Origin: a bacterium
GTDB lineage: Bacteria > Zhuqueibacterota > Zhuqueibacteria > Residuimicrobiales > Krinioviventaceae
DNA: 64,000 nt
Direction: 5' to 3'
Assembly: GCA_963674595.2 (NCBI GenBank)
Contig: CAXXFV010000014.1
Span: 32,001 to 96,000, forward strand
Shown: positions 1-10,345 of the stretch, one piece after another
Layout: every line of letters begins with the position of its first letter
How positions within the stretch are numbered: position 1 is the first letter of the stretch
Translations under genes and position numbers: made by a program
The notes under the pieces: generated by a model
Database searches by the model: none
What the model saw: the letters and a program-made list of their open reading frames with translations, nothing else
What the model was told of the DNA's origin: nothing

Positions 1-272
1 GACCTACCCGAGGGTCAAACAAAGCGGGCCGCTTTTTCCCTCCTATTTGGTCTTGCTCCGGGTGGGGTTTACCATGCCCTTAATGTCACCATTAAGGCGG
101 TGAGCTCTTACCTCACCCTTTCACCCTTACCTCAGGAAAACCTGAGGCGGTTTACTTTCTGTGGCACTTTCCTCGCTTCACAACGAGTTCCCGTTAGGAA
201 CCACCCTGCCCTACGGAGTTCGGACTTTCCTCATCTCATAAATAATGAAACGCAATCACCTAAACTACTTTG
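1..272 (-). ncRNA. rnpB: RNase P RNA, bacterial class A (3' end runs off the window start)
   Basis: The reverse complement contains GAGGAAAGTCCGAACT, AGTGCCACAGAAA, AAGGGTGAAAGGGTGAGGTAAGAGCTCACC, GGTAAACCCCAC and GAGCAAGACCAAATAG, the conserved RNase P RNA segments in order. The 5' end is approximate. Confidence 0.96.
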
Positions 273-308
273 GATTTATATCAAACGTTAATTATCAACT
301 CTGATAAA

Positions 309-336
309 AATATAACAATTTTTTAATAATTTTCAA
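309..336 (-). promoter_or_regulatory. Putative sigma70 promoter of rnpB
   Basis: TTGAAA (336-331), 16-nt spacer ending TGt, then TATATT (314-309), about 35 nt upstream of the rnpB 5' end. Confidence 0.45.
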
Positions 337-352
337 CCAATCATATTTATAA

Positions 353-1093
353 TCAAGATACGTCTGCTTCTTTTTGCGTTGGCTGTTTTTCTTCTTTCCA
401 AACCAAAATTCGGCCGCAAACTTCACACAAATGCAGCGAATCCATCATCCTAATTTCCAGCCCACGCTGCGGGGGAACTCGGGATGAACACGCGCTGCAG
501 GCGCCGGCCTCTAAAAAGCTTACAGCCAGGCCGCTTCTTCCGTTACGTATTCTTTCATAAGTTGAAAGCATCTGCTTGGTAAGTCCACTCGATACTTTCT
601 CACGCTCTTTTGTCAAACCGCCTTCTTCTTCTCTGGTTGCCGCTAGTTTTTCATCCAGCTCTTTCTTGAAAACCAATAATTCCTTTTCAAGCTTTTCCAC
701 TTCTTCCTGTTTCTCTGCAACTTGCTGTTCAATTTTCTTTTCAAGGTCTTCAAGCTCTAAAAACTCTATTTCCAGCTTGTCGATTAATTCCTGTGTATTT
801 TCAATTTCAACGGTTATAGCATCATATTCTTTATTTGTTTTTACCTGATAAAGTTGTGCCTGGTATTTTTTTAATTTTTCACCAAGCAAAGACAGTTCAT
901 TATCTACATTAAATTTTCGGGTCTTTTTTTCTTCATACTCTGTTTTTGTATTTTCCAGGTCTTTTTGCATATCACTAACCTGGTTTTCATAGACCTTAAC
1001 CTTCTGAGGAAGATCTCCTTTTTCTTCTTCCAAATGCATTAATTGAGTATCAATTATCTGTAATTGAATTAAAGTTTCCAAAGCCTTGCGCAA
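353..1093 (-). CDS. C4-type zinc-ribbon coiled-coil protein (DUF164/CT398/HP0958-like)
   Basis: Long coiled coil followed by CSAC...CEVCGRIL, with 'LQIID' at the N-terminus and 'YERIR' motif. TTG start with AGGAG RBS. Confidence 0.9.
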   Translation of the reverse strand: MRKALETLIQLQIIDTQLMHLEEEKGDLPQKVKVYENQVSDMQKDLENTKTEYEEKKTRKFNVDNELSLLGEKLKKYQAQLYQVKTNKEYDAITVEIENTQELIDKLEIEFLELEDLEKKIEQQVAEKQEEVEKLEKELLVFKKELDEKLAATREEEGGLTKEREKVSSGLTKQMLSTYERIRNGRSGLAVSFLEAGACSACSSRVPPQRGLEIRMMDSLHLCEVCGRILVWKEEKQPTQKEADVS

Positions 1094-1141
1094 AACTATT
1101 TCTCCTTATAACTTCAAAATATTCGATCGACTCATATATAC

Positions 1142-1172
1142 AAAAAAAGTGCATCCAAAATGGATGCACTTT
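1142..1172 (-). terminator. Intrinsic terminator-like hairpin
   Basis: AAAGTGCATCCA-ttt-TGGATGCACTTT followed by a T-run on the minus strand. Confidence 0.7.
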
Positions 1173-1295
1173 ATATTCCAATAAAACTCAAATCACTTGT
1201 TGAAGATTGAGACGATTTATTTATTTTATCACTTTTTATTCGCTTTTTCATAAAGTCAAAAAACCTAAAGAACAAATTAAAAAATTCCAGATCAT

Positions 1296-1337
1296 ATTAT
1301 AACAAATTAATTTATCCATTTGAGTATTAAAATGCAA
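1296..1337 (-). promoter_or_regulatory. Putative promoter(s) upstream of the zinc-ribbon gene leader
   Basis: TTGCAT(1337-1332)-17 nt-TAAATT(1314-1309), plus a perfect extended -10 TGtTATAAT (1304-1296). AT-rich context lowers specificity. Confidence 0.4.
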
Positions 1338-1427
1338 GGGAAAAAATTAAAAACAAATTATCATATATTTACAACATAAAAAAACAATTATTTATCACAA
1401 TTATTCCATAAAAAAAAGTATATAACC

Positions 1428-3548
1428 TTAAATATTAGTTCCACCGTTTTTTAAGGCAATAAACATTTCAATTTCATAGTTTTGAATTTTTCCCGGCAAA
1501 ATATCCCGAATGGAACGAAATTTTAAAGTGCCTGTATAATTCAGTGCTGATTGCATTTGTTTAATGTGTTTCTGTGGTACAAACCTATCTATTTGTAAAT
1601 TACCTTGTCCTATGGCATGAGTAATATCTTTATAAATTTCTGACAATGGTAAATTTGTGTGCGTGGCAACGGCTTCCGGACTTTTTCCTTCCTGAACTAA
1701 TTCCAGAATTGTTTGATAATGGTCGCTCGCAACGGATGCCTTTTTAACAGAATTTTTATTTTGTATGGTCTTAAACACATCCATTCCGTCCGGTGTCAAT
1801 GCGATTACAGGAAAATCGTTCAAATAATCACGTTCCAATAGTCCCAAGGTCATCAGGTCATTAACGGTTTGCTCTATATCAGCCCTGCCGACATCACGCA
1901 AAAGGCCATAATATTCACTTTCATGGTGTCCTGATTTAGTTATAGCAAGGTCTTTTGAGCCGGTTAATACCTGTGCTATTTTTTTCACACCCAATCCACA
2001 CCAGTGATGAGCAACAAAATTTATAATTGCCTGTTCAATCCGGTCTGCCTGGTAATTTGACCTGCTGCTGGTTTTGCGGATTACCGTTTGCTTTTTTCTG
2101 TCACAATTATCACAACAGTTTTCAACCGGTGCATCCAAATCAGCACCAAAATACCCCAACAGCAATTTACGCCTGCACCGAAAACTACCGGCGTACTCTA
2201 TCATTTGTTTCAACTGTTTATACTTGTGGTCGGCATGAATCGTAATTGAACCGGCAACTTTTTTAACTTTATTCAAATCCAGCTTGAACATATTCAACCG
2301 AATATTATTAAAATCGCTGTCTATTATTTTAATAACACCGGCATTTTCCAAATGACGAATTCCCACACGACCTTTTACTTCATTCATATCCGGAGAATCT
2401 AAAGCAAGTGTTTCCAAATTTATAGCTGTAACGCCCTTTTCCGACTTTTTTAAAAAATAATTATACAGAAACAACAATTCCGTATAAGAGACACGGGAAT
2501 TTTCAATAAACCATTCCTGCAGATTATAATCGCTGGGGTCATAAAACAGAACACATTTAGCATCTTTACCATCACGACCGGCCCGACCTGTCTCCTGATA
2601 ATAAGCTTCAACAGAGCCGGGGATTTGGTAATGACAAACAAGCCTGATATCCGGTTTATCAACACCCATACCAAATGCATTGGTAGCAACGATAACCTGC
2701 AATTTTGATTTCATAAAATCATTTTGAATAGCTGAACGTTCTTCTGCGGACAAACCGGCGTGGTAAAATCCGGCTTTTATACCCAAAACAGCCGTTAAAA
2801 AATGAGTAATTTCTTCACACTTTTTTCGGGTGCCGGCATAAATCACAATACTGCCGTGGCAAGAAGTAACCTGTTCTTCTAAAAATTGAAATTTTTGCGC
2901 GTCGCCAAAAACTTTGATTACAGAAAACTTTAAATTCGGACGATTGAATCCTGTAACAAAAGACTTTGCACGTTCAATATCTAATCGCTCTAAAATATCT
3001 TTTTGCACCTGCCGTGTAGCTGTTGCGGTCAGGGCAACGACTGAAGGACTATCCAGCTCTTTAATAATTTCATGCAGCAGCATATAATCGGGACGAAAAT
3101 CATGTCCCCAATGCGAGATACAATGGGCCTCATCAACGGCAAAAATTTTTATATTCATTTTCTTTAAAAAAGGACGAAACGAAGCAACACGAAATCGTTC
3201 CGGGGCAATATATAAAATTTTGATTTCACCATTTAAAACCTGTTTCAACCGCAGGTTCTGCTGGTCCGATGAAATGGAACTGTTTATAAAAGTGGCGGGA
3301 ATGCCTTTTTTCTGCAAGTCGTCAACCTGGTCTTTCATCAATGCAATAAGTGGGCTGACGACCATCGTCAATCCCGAAGATAAAAGTGCCGGCAGTTGAT
3401 AACAAAGGGATTTACCGGAGCCTGTGGGCATAACAACAAGAGCGTTCTCCCCCTTGATAATATGGTCTATTATTTCCGACTGGCCGTCTCGAAAGGAAGT
3501 AAAACCGAAATACTGCTCCAGGGCCGGGATATATTGATTCTTTTTCAT
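1428..3548 (-). CDS. recQ: RecQ-family ATP-dependent DNA helicase
   Basis: MPTGSGKSLCYQLP, DEAHCISHWGHDFRP, ALTATA, YYQETGRAGRDG, Zn-binding CRR...CCDNC, RQC winged helix and C-terminal HTH. Confidence 0.93.
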   Translation of the reverse strand: MKKNQYIPALEQYFGFTSFRDGQSEIIDHIIKGENALVVMPTGSGKSLCYQLPALLSSGLTMVVSPLIALMKDQVDDLQKKGIPATFINSSISSDQQNLRLKQVLNGEIKILYIAPERFRVASFRPFLKKMNIKIFAVDEAHCISHWGHDFRPDYMLLHEIIKELDSPSVVALTATATRQVQKDILERLDIERAKSFVTGFNRPNLKFSVIKVFGDAQKFQFLEEQVTSCHGSIVIYAGTRKKCEEITHFLTAVLGIKAGFYHAGLSAEERSAIQNDFMKSKLQVIVATNAFGMGVDKPDIRLVCHYQIPGSVEAYYQETGRAGRDGKDAKCVLFYDPSDYNLQEWFIENSRVSYTELLFLYNYFLKKSEKGVTAINLETLALDSPDMNEVKGRVGIRHLENAGVIKIIDSDFNNIRLNMFKLDLNKVKKVAGSITIHADHKYKQLKQMIEYAGSFRCRRKLLLGYFGADLDAPVENCCDNCDRKKQTVIRKTSSRSNYQADRIEQAIINFVAHHWCGLGVKKIAQVLTGSKDLAITKSGHHESEYYGLLRDVGRADIEQTVNDLMTLGLLERDYLNDFPVIALTPDGMDVFKTIQNKNSVKKASVASDHYQTILELVQEGKSPEAVATHTNLPLSEIYKDITHAIGQGNLQIDRFVPQKHIKQMQSALNYTGTLKFRSIRDILPGKIQNYEIEMFIALKNGGTNI

Positions 3549-3607
3549 TTACTCTCAAATAACCTGAATTGGTGTTATAATTAAAAAGAAAAAATATATC
3601 CATCTTT

Positions 3608-6600
3608 TTAATTGATCACAAGCATTTTTCTGTTTTGAACATACTCTCCGGCTTTAATTCTGTAAAAATAGATACCACTAGGGACATATTGTCCCAAAAA
3701 TGAACGCCCGTCCCAAACAGCCTGATAATAGCCTGCCTGTTTTTTTTCGTTAATAATTGTTTTTACTTTTTGCCCCAATATATTATAAATACTAATGTCA
3801 ACATTTTGAGCAGCAGGTAGTTGATATTTAATGGTGGTTGAAAAACTTGCATTTGATTTCAGTGATAACGGATTTGGATAGTTTTGTGCCAATCCATATT
3901 TCTGAGGAATAATATCAGACAAATTACCATCAACACCGGAAGTTCCAACATTTAATTTAATCAATAATGTTTGAACGGGTTTTTGAGGATCATTACTTTC
4001 AAAAACTAAAAGGTTCTGATACCCTCCCAAACTTAACCAATATGTATCAAAATAAAGGCGCAGAACAGTTGAATCATTTTCACCAATTATACCGGAATAT
4101 GTATCGGATTCATACCATGACGCATTATATGGCGCATAGGTAATATAATACAACCCATCAGAAGGTGTAAATTCTATATATTCCCCATTTGGTGAAAAGG
4201 CCACTAAAAATTTCATTTTACTATCGACAGCAATTTGCGAATGGGTTACGACAGATTCAAAATGATAATTAGCCCTGGTAACAGATACTGGCGATGAATA
4301 GGGTAATACAGGTGTAAATGCTCCTATCCCTTCGTCTTCAAGCCAATACATAACCTGACTTGTTTCCCACGTTAGCCTAATAATTCGGTCAATACCCAAA
4401 TCACGAAAAGGCATTCCGGTTAGTGAATCACAATCCGCATCAATCCAAATATCATAATTCATGTGCTGATAAATAGCAGCATTAACATTAAACTCTTGCC
4501 AAAAAGAAATGGTAGTGGCGTCATGTCGCATTAATACATCACCCAAAAGTTTCTCATCTGAACTTTTTGGGACAGTATAAACTCTCCGCCAATTCATTAC
4601 ACTTGATTCATTACTAATTGGCTCAAAAGCACTTTCTTTTCCGTTATCTTTATTCTTAATGGCTCCATTTAAAGGATATTTGTTTTCAAAAGCTGTAAAA
4701 ACAAGTGACCCGGTGCCGTTATTTTTTAAAATGACAGAGTCGCGGCGTATCCCATTTTGCTGCATAGACACAACAATCGTGTCACATACAATGGACAATT
4801 GAGGTTTATATAAAATACATTCAAATGTCGTATCATTTTGAACAATAACATTTTCATAAATATGTTTAGCATAACCTTGTGCTTTGACGGTTATTTGATA
4901 GGGTTCTTTCGGTAAATGAAACACAAAAGAGCCATCCGCTTGCGTAAAAATTTTTCTTTCATTGTTCACAGCTAAATCGACAGGTAACTTTTCAACGATT
5001 AGCTGGGCACCTGGAATCATGTTAGAAGATCGGGAGTCTGTTACATTGATATTAACCAAACTGGTTTTTCTAACAACCAACGGTATATCAAAATCCCAGG
5101 TAAATCCATGCTGGTCTTTAAAAACAGCATGTAAAGACGCGTCATAATAATCCGGGCAATTATCTGCAATCCTGACAACAAAATTATCTTCTGCTTCTTT
5201 TTGCCCCTTTCCGGGAATCGTTCCCCACACTGCGGTAGAATCTATAACAGTTACATTTTCATCATCAGAATACAATATAGCAGAAACAACAGTTGCCGGA
5301 AATGAACTTGTATTTTTAATAACAGGACAAAATTCTATTAATTCACCAGGATTTACATAGCCATCATTATTACCAATTCCCGGGCCATCATTAATATTAA
5401 TGGGAAAAACAGAAATTTTCGGTCGTTGGTCCAATGCGGCTCCCCTAAACCAATCAAACACATCACCGATAAACTGACTTTTTGATTGCAGGGAAATAAT
5501 GTTTTCAATTCCAAAGACACAATAGACAAGTTTATATGTCCCGTCATCAACAGCTAACGCTGCCGTACCGGAAGACTGGACAATACCTTCTCCGTAGCGT
5601 GGTTTGTATAAAAGTATTGGAAAGGCAGGTTCTATCGGATCAATTTCAACCGGCCAACTATTATTTTCCTCCTCAAGGCTCAGAGTATCCAATGTTACAA
5701 CGCCATTTCCGGGAACGTTTTCAATATGAAAAATTCTTGCAGATTCATTAATAAATTCGGAATGTAAAACCTCAGTATAAAACGGTTTATCATACAAACG
5801 ATATCCGACAAGTGGACCGGACAATAAAAGCCGGCCACCATTTTTTAAAAATCGTTCCAAATTTACCTGGTCATCGTCTGTTAATGTCTCAACCGGTTCT
5901 TTGCCGGTGAACCAGACAACATTTTCATACCCTGAAAGTTTTGAATAAGGAACTGTACCGCTACGATTGACAAAAAATAAATCGACGGACAAACCTATTT
6001 CAGAAAAAGCATAAAGATATGGCCAATAATTCTGCGCATCACCATCATCAATAACCAGTAATGTCTTTGGTTGATTTATCAAAACACATACGAGAAAGTC
6101 ACCCAAAAAAGTGCCGTCCTCTTCATACAATTTTAAACCAAATTCCAAATGATGCGGAGGTGCGTTTTCATCAATTCTAACCTGAAAAGGAGATTGAGTA
6201 TTTCTAAAATCATTTATTATAGTACTTGAAAAAACACTTTCATTTTGCAGTATTTCAACATAAGGATCATTGCTTTCAAGTAATCCTTTCAATCCATTGA
6301 CATTCCGAAATCCTGTGTTTTTTAATAACAGGTAAAGATTACAGGTTTCACCCGCCTCGGGTATTTCATCATCATCACCGTTCGTTTCCTGCGTTGAAAA
6401 ACTGATATACTTCATGTCAGGTTGTCGGACCCGAATAATAAAACTGTTTACCCACGTTTGACCTTCAGAAGATTGTAACATTAAATAAAAATTAACAGGA
6501 TGGTTATTTGGGACATCAGACGAAATTGAAAAAACAAAATTATCAAAACCGAACGATTGTACATTAGAGACCAGGTCACCATATAAAGCACTTGAATCAA

Positions 6601-8107
6601 TAATTGTTATAAAGGGGTCACTGGTAACCAACTCAGCCCGGACATCTGGCGCAGTTGTATTACCAATATTTTCGACTTGTATTGCCAGTTCAACTGTCTC
6701 TCCGGGTTCCAGATAGTTATTACCATTACCCTTACTTGAACCCAGGTTATCATCATCAATAATTTCGGAAACATAGGAAACATAAGCATCGTTAATATCT
6801 GTCGGCGGCCCGGCGACTGTTGCAATTGTCGCAACACCGGCCTTGACGACATCCGAAAAAAAGTCCATGTTTATATTTCCTAAAACATCCTGAACACTAT
6901 GATAATAAGGAGAAAAATCAGTTTCAATAGCAAAAACCGTATGATAACCATGGGAATAAAACGGATAATGATCACTACCGCCTCCCACATAGGGATATTT
7001 CACAGGCTCAATATTCGTGTACTGTGATAACATATCAATAAACAGGTCTGCAAATCCATTAGATGTCTCATCTGCCTCAACATCTAACTGACAAACGGGA
7101 TTATTGCCGCCGCAGTTTCCAATCATGTCAAAATTCAGATAAAAGCCTATATTAAGCCCATTCTGCCAGGCCCTGCTGACCCAATTCTGGCTGCCGATCA
7201 ACCCCTGTTCTTCGGCTGCCCAGCAGGCAAACATTACAGTTGTTTCCAGGTCAATATCTCTCAATACCTTGGCTGTTTCCAAGGCAGCTATGGTGCCGGT
7301 GCCATTATCATCAACACCAGGCGCCAAAATCATTGGATTGCTGCCGTCACCTACAATTGAATCATAATGCCCGCCGATCATAATAATGCTGTCCGGATAA
7401 ACCGTCCCCCTTTTTATTGCTATAACATTTCGTTGAATTTTATGTAAAACAGGAACTGACAATGTGTCAAAATAAACTTCATAGCCCAAGTTCTCAAATT
7501 GTTCATATAACCATTGTCCGGCAGAATAAACAGAGTCTGAACCTGAATAGCGTGTTTTAAAAGCTTCCAGCCGTGACAAACCATTGTATAAACTTGTTTG
7601 CGAAACCCGATTTACGAGAAAAGAAACAACAGAGTTATCCAGAGTAGAATTAAAGGCTCCGGCTTTTATTTTAGCGGGCTCAACAAACGGCAACGACTGC
7701 TTTTGCAATTTGTATAAAGAGTAACCCTGGGCTTTTGATATGGATAATTGTTGATCTGTTTTAGCAAGTTGCAAGTCATCATCTTTATAAATAATATTAT
7801 CCGATTCAATTTCCTGAAAAACTTGGCCGTTCTTTGTCAATACATAATAGGATTGATCCCAGGCTTGTTCGTCAATAATGGTAAAATCATACCCGCGTTC
7901 GGTTAAACTATTCAGTTTTTGTTTTTCAATTGTCCCCAGCAGAAACAAAGGAGAACGATAATTTAAATCCAAAATATCAGCAAGATCGGCAAGTTGGTGA
8001 TGAGGGGAACGTTCGATTTTAACAAGACATGTATTTTGCGGCTCTCCGGCAAAAGCGGATAATACAATAAACAAGCCCAAATAAATTGAAAATAATTTTG
8101 TTCTCAT
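3608..8107 (-). CDS. Secreted multidomain M28-family metallopeptidase with repeated Ig/CARDB-like modules and FlgD-Ig/T9SS-type C-terminal domain
   Basis: Signal peptide; GGHYDS, GVDDNGTG, AAEEQGLIGS, NFDMIG, SDHYPF, YYHS; three 'DD..GN.N...EPGET'-type modules; C-terminal 'QNYPNP...SGIYFYRIKAG...RKMLVIN'. Confidence 0.88.
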   Translation of the reverse strand: MRTKLFSIYLGLFIVLSAFAGEPQNTCLVKIERSPHHQLADLADILDLNYRSPLFLLGTIEKQKLNSLTERGYDFTIIDEQAWDQSYYVLTKNGQVFQEIESDNIIYKDDDLQLAKTDQQLSISKAQGYSLYKLQKQSLPFVEPAKIKAGAFNSTLDNSVVSFLVNRVSQTSLYNGLSRLEAFKTRYSGSDSVYSAGQWLYEQFENLGYEVYFDTLSVPVLHKIQRNVIAIKRGTVYPDSIIMIGGHYDSIVGDGSNPMILAPGVDDNGTGTIAALETAKVLRDIDLETTVMFACWAAEEQGLIGSQNWVSRAWQNGLNIGFYLNFDMIGNCGGNNPVCQLDVEADETSNGFADLFIDMLSQYTNIEPVKYPYVGGGSDHYPFYSHGYHTVFAIETDFSPYYHSVQDVLGNINMDFFSDVVKAGVATIATVAGPPTDINDAYVSYVSEIIDDDNLGSSKGNGNNYLEPGETVELAIQVENIGNTTAPDVRAELVTSDPFITIIDSSALYGDLVSNVQSFGFDNFVFSISSDVPNNHPVNFYLMLQSSEGQTWVNSFIIRVRQPDMKYISFSTQETNGDDDEIPEAGETCNLYLLLKNTGFRNVNGLKGLLESNDPYVEILQNESVFSSTIINDFRNTQSPFQVRIDENAPPHHLEFGLKLYEEDGTFLGDFLVCVLINQPKTLLVIDDGDAQNYWPYLYAFSEIGLSVDLFFVNRSGTVPYSKLSGYENVVWFTGKEPVETLTDDDQVNLERFLKNGGRLLLSGPLVGYRLYDKPFYTEVLHSEFINESARIFHIENVPGNGVVTLDTLSLEEENNSWPVEIDPIEPAFPILLYKPRYGEGIVQSSGTAALAVDDGTYKLVYCVFGIENIISLQSKSQFIGDVFDWFRGAALDQRPKISVFPININDGPGIGNNDGYVNPGELIEFCPVIKNTSSFPATVVSAILYSDDENVTVIDSTAVWGTIPGKGQKEAEDNFVVRIADNCPDYYDASLHAVFKDQHGFTWDFDIPLVVRKTSLVNINVTDSRSSNMIPGAQLIVEKLPVDLAVNNERKIFTQADGSFVFHLPKEPYQITVKAQGYAKHIYENVIVQNDTTFECILYKPQLSIVCDTIVVSMQQNGIRRDSVILKNNGTGSLVFTAFENKYPLNGAIKNKDNGKESAFEPISNESSVMNWRRVYTVPKSSDEKLLGDVLMRHDATTISFWQEFNVNAAIYQHMNYDIWIDADCDSLTGMPFRDLGIDRIIRLTWETSQVMYWLEDEGIGAFTPVLPYSSPVSVTRANYHFESVVTHSQIAVDSKMKFLVAFSPNGEYIEFTPSDGLYYITYAPYNASWYESDTYSGIIGENDSTVLRLYFDTYWLSLGGYQNLLVFESNDPQKPVQTLLIKLNVGTSGVDGNLSDIIPQKYGLAQNYPNPLSLKSNASFSTTIKYQLPAAQNVDISIYNILGQKVKTIINEKKQAGYYQAVWDGRSFLGQYVPSGIYFYRIKAGEYVQNRKMLVIN

Positions 8108-8233
8108 GTTTTATTCCTTCCCAATAAAGCCTGTTAACAAAATACGAAATTTTTAAACCGAATCAACAGAAAATTATATCAAAAACTTGATTTTATAAAA
8201 TGGTTTGCTTAAAATAAAGCAAAAAGGAAAAAA

Positions 8234-8497
8234 ATGCTGGGATTTATCATTTTACTCATCATTGCTTCTATTTGCGGTTCAATAGGAGCGCGTATAGCCG
8301 GATACTCTTCCACAGGTTGCCTTACCAGTATCATATTGGGTTTTATTGGGGCATTAATCGGCACCTATTTAAGCAGAGAACTGGGCATTAAAGACTTTAT
8401 CTATTTTCATAACATTCCCATATTCTGGTCAATTATCGGCTCGGCAATTTTTATTGCGATAATCGGTTTTTTGAGCGGACATAAAAAACAAAAATAA
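8234..8497 (+). CDS. GlsB/YeaQ/YmgE (transglycosylase-associated) membrane protein
   Basis: 87 aa, three glycine-rich TM helices, 'SIILGFIGALIG' and 'WSIIGSAIF'. Confidence 0.85.
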   Translation: MLGFIILLIIASICGSIGARIAGYSSTGCLTSIILGFIGALIGTYLSRELGIKDFIYFHNIPIFWSIIGSAIFIAIIGFLSGHKKQK

Positions 8498-9417
8498 TGA
8501 CTATGAACGAAAAGACTTTTTTCTACAAAAAATCTCTTACTGAACTCAATCGTGAAGAATTATTTAAAATAGTTGAAAACAGAAAAAGTGTGCGAAGATT
8601 CAGTAACACAAAAGTAAATCCTCAAATTTTAGATGACATTCTAAATACAGCATCTGAAATAACTCCGTTGCTTAATGATTCAGTCCGTTTCATTCTACTG
8701 GACAAAGATTTAATGAAACTATATGCCGGTCGTCTGTATAACACATTCATCTCTGCCCCGCATCATCTTGTTTGTATTGCTAAAACAGGAAACGATAATT
8801 TTTGTAACGCCGGATATATAAAAGAAGCGCTGGTATTAAAAGCAACTTTACATCAAATAGCAACCTGCTGGGTGGGTGGGTTTGTTGATGAAGATAAATT
8901 AGCCACGTACCTGCAAATCGGAAAAGACGAACGAGTTATCTCACTTTGTCCTCTTGGTTATCCGTCTGAACAATTTTGGAACGGTCAGGTCAACAAAGTC
9001 TTCAATAGTGTAAGCCATTCCAAAGATATTAAAAAACGCCTCCCCTTGAATAAAATTGTTTTTTATAAAAAACCAGGCCGGAATGTTGATGAATTTCTTG
9101 AAACAAATCCGGTTTTAAAAACAGCCTTTGATGCCGCCCGGCTGGCGCCGTCCTGGAGGAATAATCAACCCTGGCGATTTTTAATTCAGGATAAAACAAT
9201 CTGGGCTTACTTGGATGACGACCAAAATGGTGGTTCAGGAGAACGGGACGGAATCAATTATGCTTATGTTGACGTGGGAATTGCCATGTTTCACGTTTTT
9301 ATACTTTTACACTCGCAAAAGATCATGGGAAACTGGAGGTTATGTGATAACAGCGAAAAGCCCCAAAATATTTTTTCAGAAAAACAAAACCCGATAGCTT
9401 TATATAATTTTGCCTGA
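8497..9417 (+). CDS. Nitroreductase-family protein (tandem domain)
   Basis: RKSVRRF, ATCWVGG, second domain 'ARLAPSWRNNQPWRF' and 'DVGIAMFH'. Start overlaps the upstream stop. Confidence 0.88.
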   Translation: MTMNEKTFFYKKSLTELNREELFKIVENRKSVRRFSNTKVNPQILDDILNTASEITPLLNDSVRFILLDKDLMKLYAGRLYNTFISAPHHLVCIAKTGNDNFCNAGYIKEALVLKATLHQIATCWVGGFVDEDKLATYLQIGKDERVISLCPLGYPSEQFWNGQVNKVFNSVSHSKDIKKRLPLNKIVFYKKPGRNVDEFLETNPVLKTAFDAARLAPSWRNNQPWRFLIQDKTIWAYLDDDQNGGSGERDGINYAYVDVGIAMFHVFILLHSQKIMGNWRLCDNSEKPQNIFSEKQNPIALYNFA

Positions 9418-9420
9418 AAT

Positions 9421-9456
9421 AAAAAAGGCCTGCTAAACCAAACAGGCCTTTCTTTA
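9421..9456. terminator. Bidirectional intrinsic terminator
   Basis: AAAAAAGGCCTG-loop-CAGGCCTTTCTTT between convergent genes. Confidence 0.75.
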
Positions 9457-9475
9457 GGATAGGAGAGGAACCTAA

Positions 9476-10102
9476 TTATGCAATAAGCTTTTTATATCTC
9501 TGGTTTATTCGTTCCCAGTTTAAATTATTAACAAAATTATCGATATAAACCGCACGCCCGGCACCGTCTTTGTGATAATAAGCGTGCTCAAAAACATCAC
9601 AAGTTATAAGAGGAATACCTCCCCAAATAGCTCCATAGTGATGTTCATCTACCAGAACATTAATCAACCGTTTTGAGTATAGTGCATCATAAACCAATAT
9701 TCCCCAACCGCTTAACTTGGCAGAAAAAGCAGTTGCCTTGAAATCTTCTTTCCAGTTTTCAAAAGAGCCAAACTCTTTTTCAATAGCTTCAAAAATTTCA
9801 GGACCTTTTTTAGGGTCGCCGTCTCCACCTAATACGTCCCAATAAACATCATGTAAAAGTGCACCGGAATGATTCCAGGTGAAACGTCGTTTTAACTCGC
9901 CAAACTCACTATAGTTACCATTTGCTTTACTTGAATCAGAATTTACCAAACTATTTTCAATTGTATTTAAAGCTGCGACATAACCTTTATGGTGTTTATT
10001 ATAATGCCAATCGGATGTTTCCGGGCTCATAACGTCTGACAAAACGGTTTTCGCTTCTTCATCACTATAGGGTCTCTTTCCAATTTTCCATTCGTAAGAC
10101 AT
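9476..10102 (-). CDS. Fe/Mn superoxide dismutase
   Basis: HYNKHHKGYV, NHSGALLHDVYW, SGWG and DVFEHAYY metal-ligand motifs. Start moved to ATG 10102, which has an AGGAG RBS. Confidence 0.9.
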   Translation of the reverse strand: MSYEWKIGKRPYSDEEAKTVLSDVMSPETSDWHYNKHHKGYVAALNTIENSLVNSDSSKANGNYSEFGELKRRFTWNHSGALLHDVYWDVLGGDGDPKKGPEIFEAIEKEFGSFENWKEDFKATAFSAKLSGWGILVYDALYSKRLINVLVDEHHYGAIWGGIPLITCDVFEHAYYHKDGAGRAVYIDNFVNNLNWERINQRYKKLIA

Positions 10103-10345
10103 ATCTACTCCTGTAAAAACTATATTATTTGTAAATTTGATCATTGTAACATATTGTCATCAAGCATTATTCCCGGTGCAAAAAAATTTTTCTTTCTTGC
10201 AATTTATATGAGAAAATTGTAACGTTGCTTATAAAAATAATAATTTATTAAAGACAATATGGAACCAGAGAGATCATTCTACGTCTTATTTAATATCTAT
10301 TCCTTTCATCTTAAAAAAACGCCTATAAAAGGAAACAGATCAAAA

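Noticed and set aside
100-291. 63-aa ORF on + strand
   Set aside because: Antisense to the RNase P RNA gene; no RBS or protein features.
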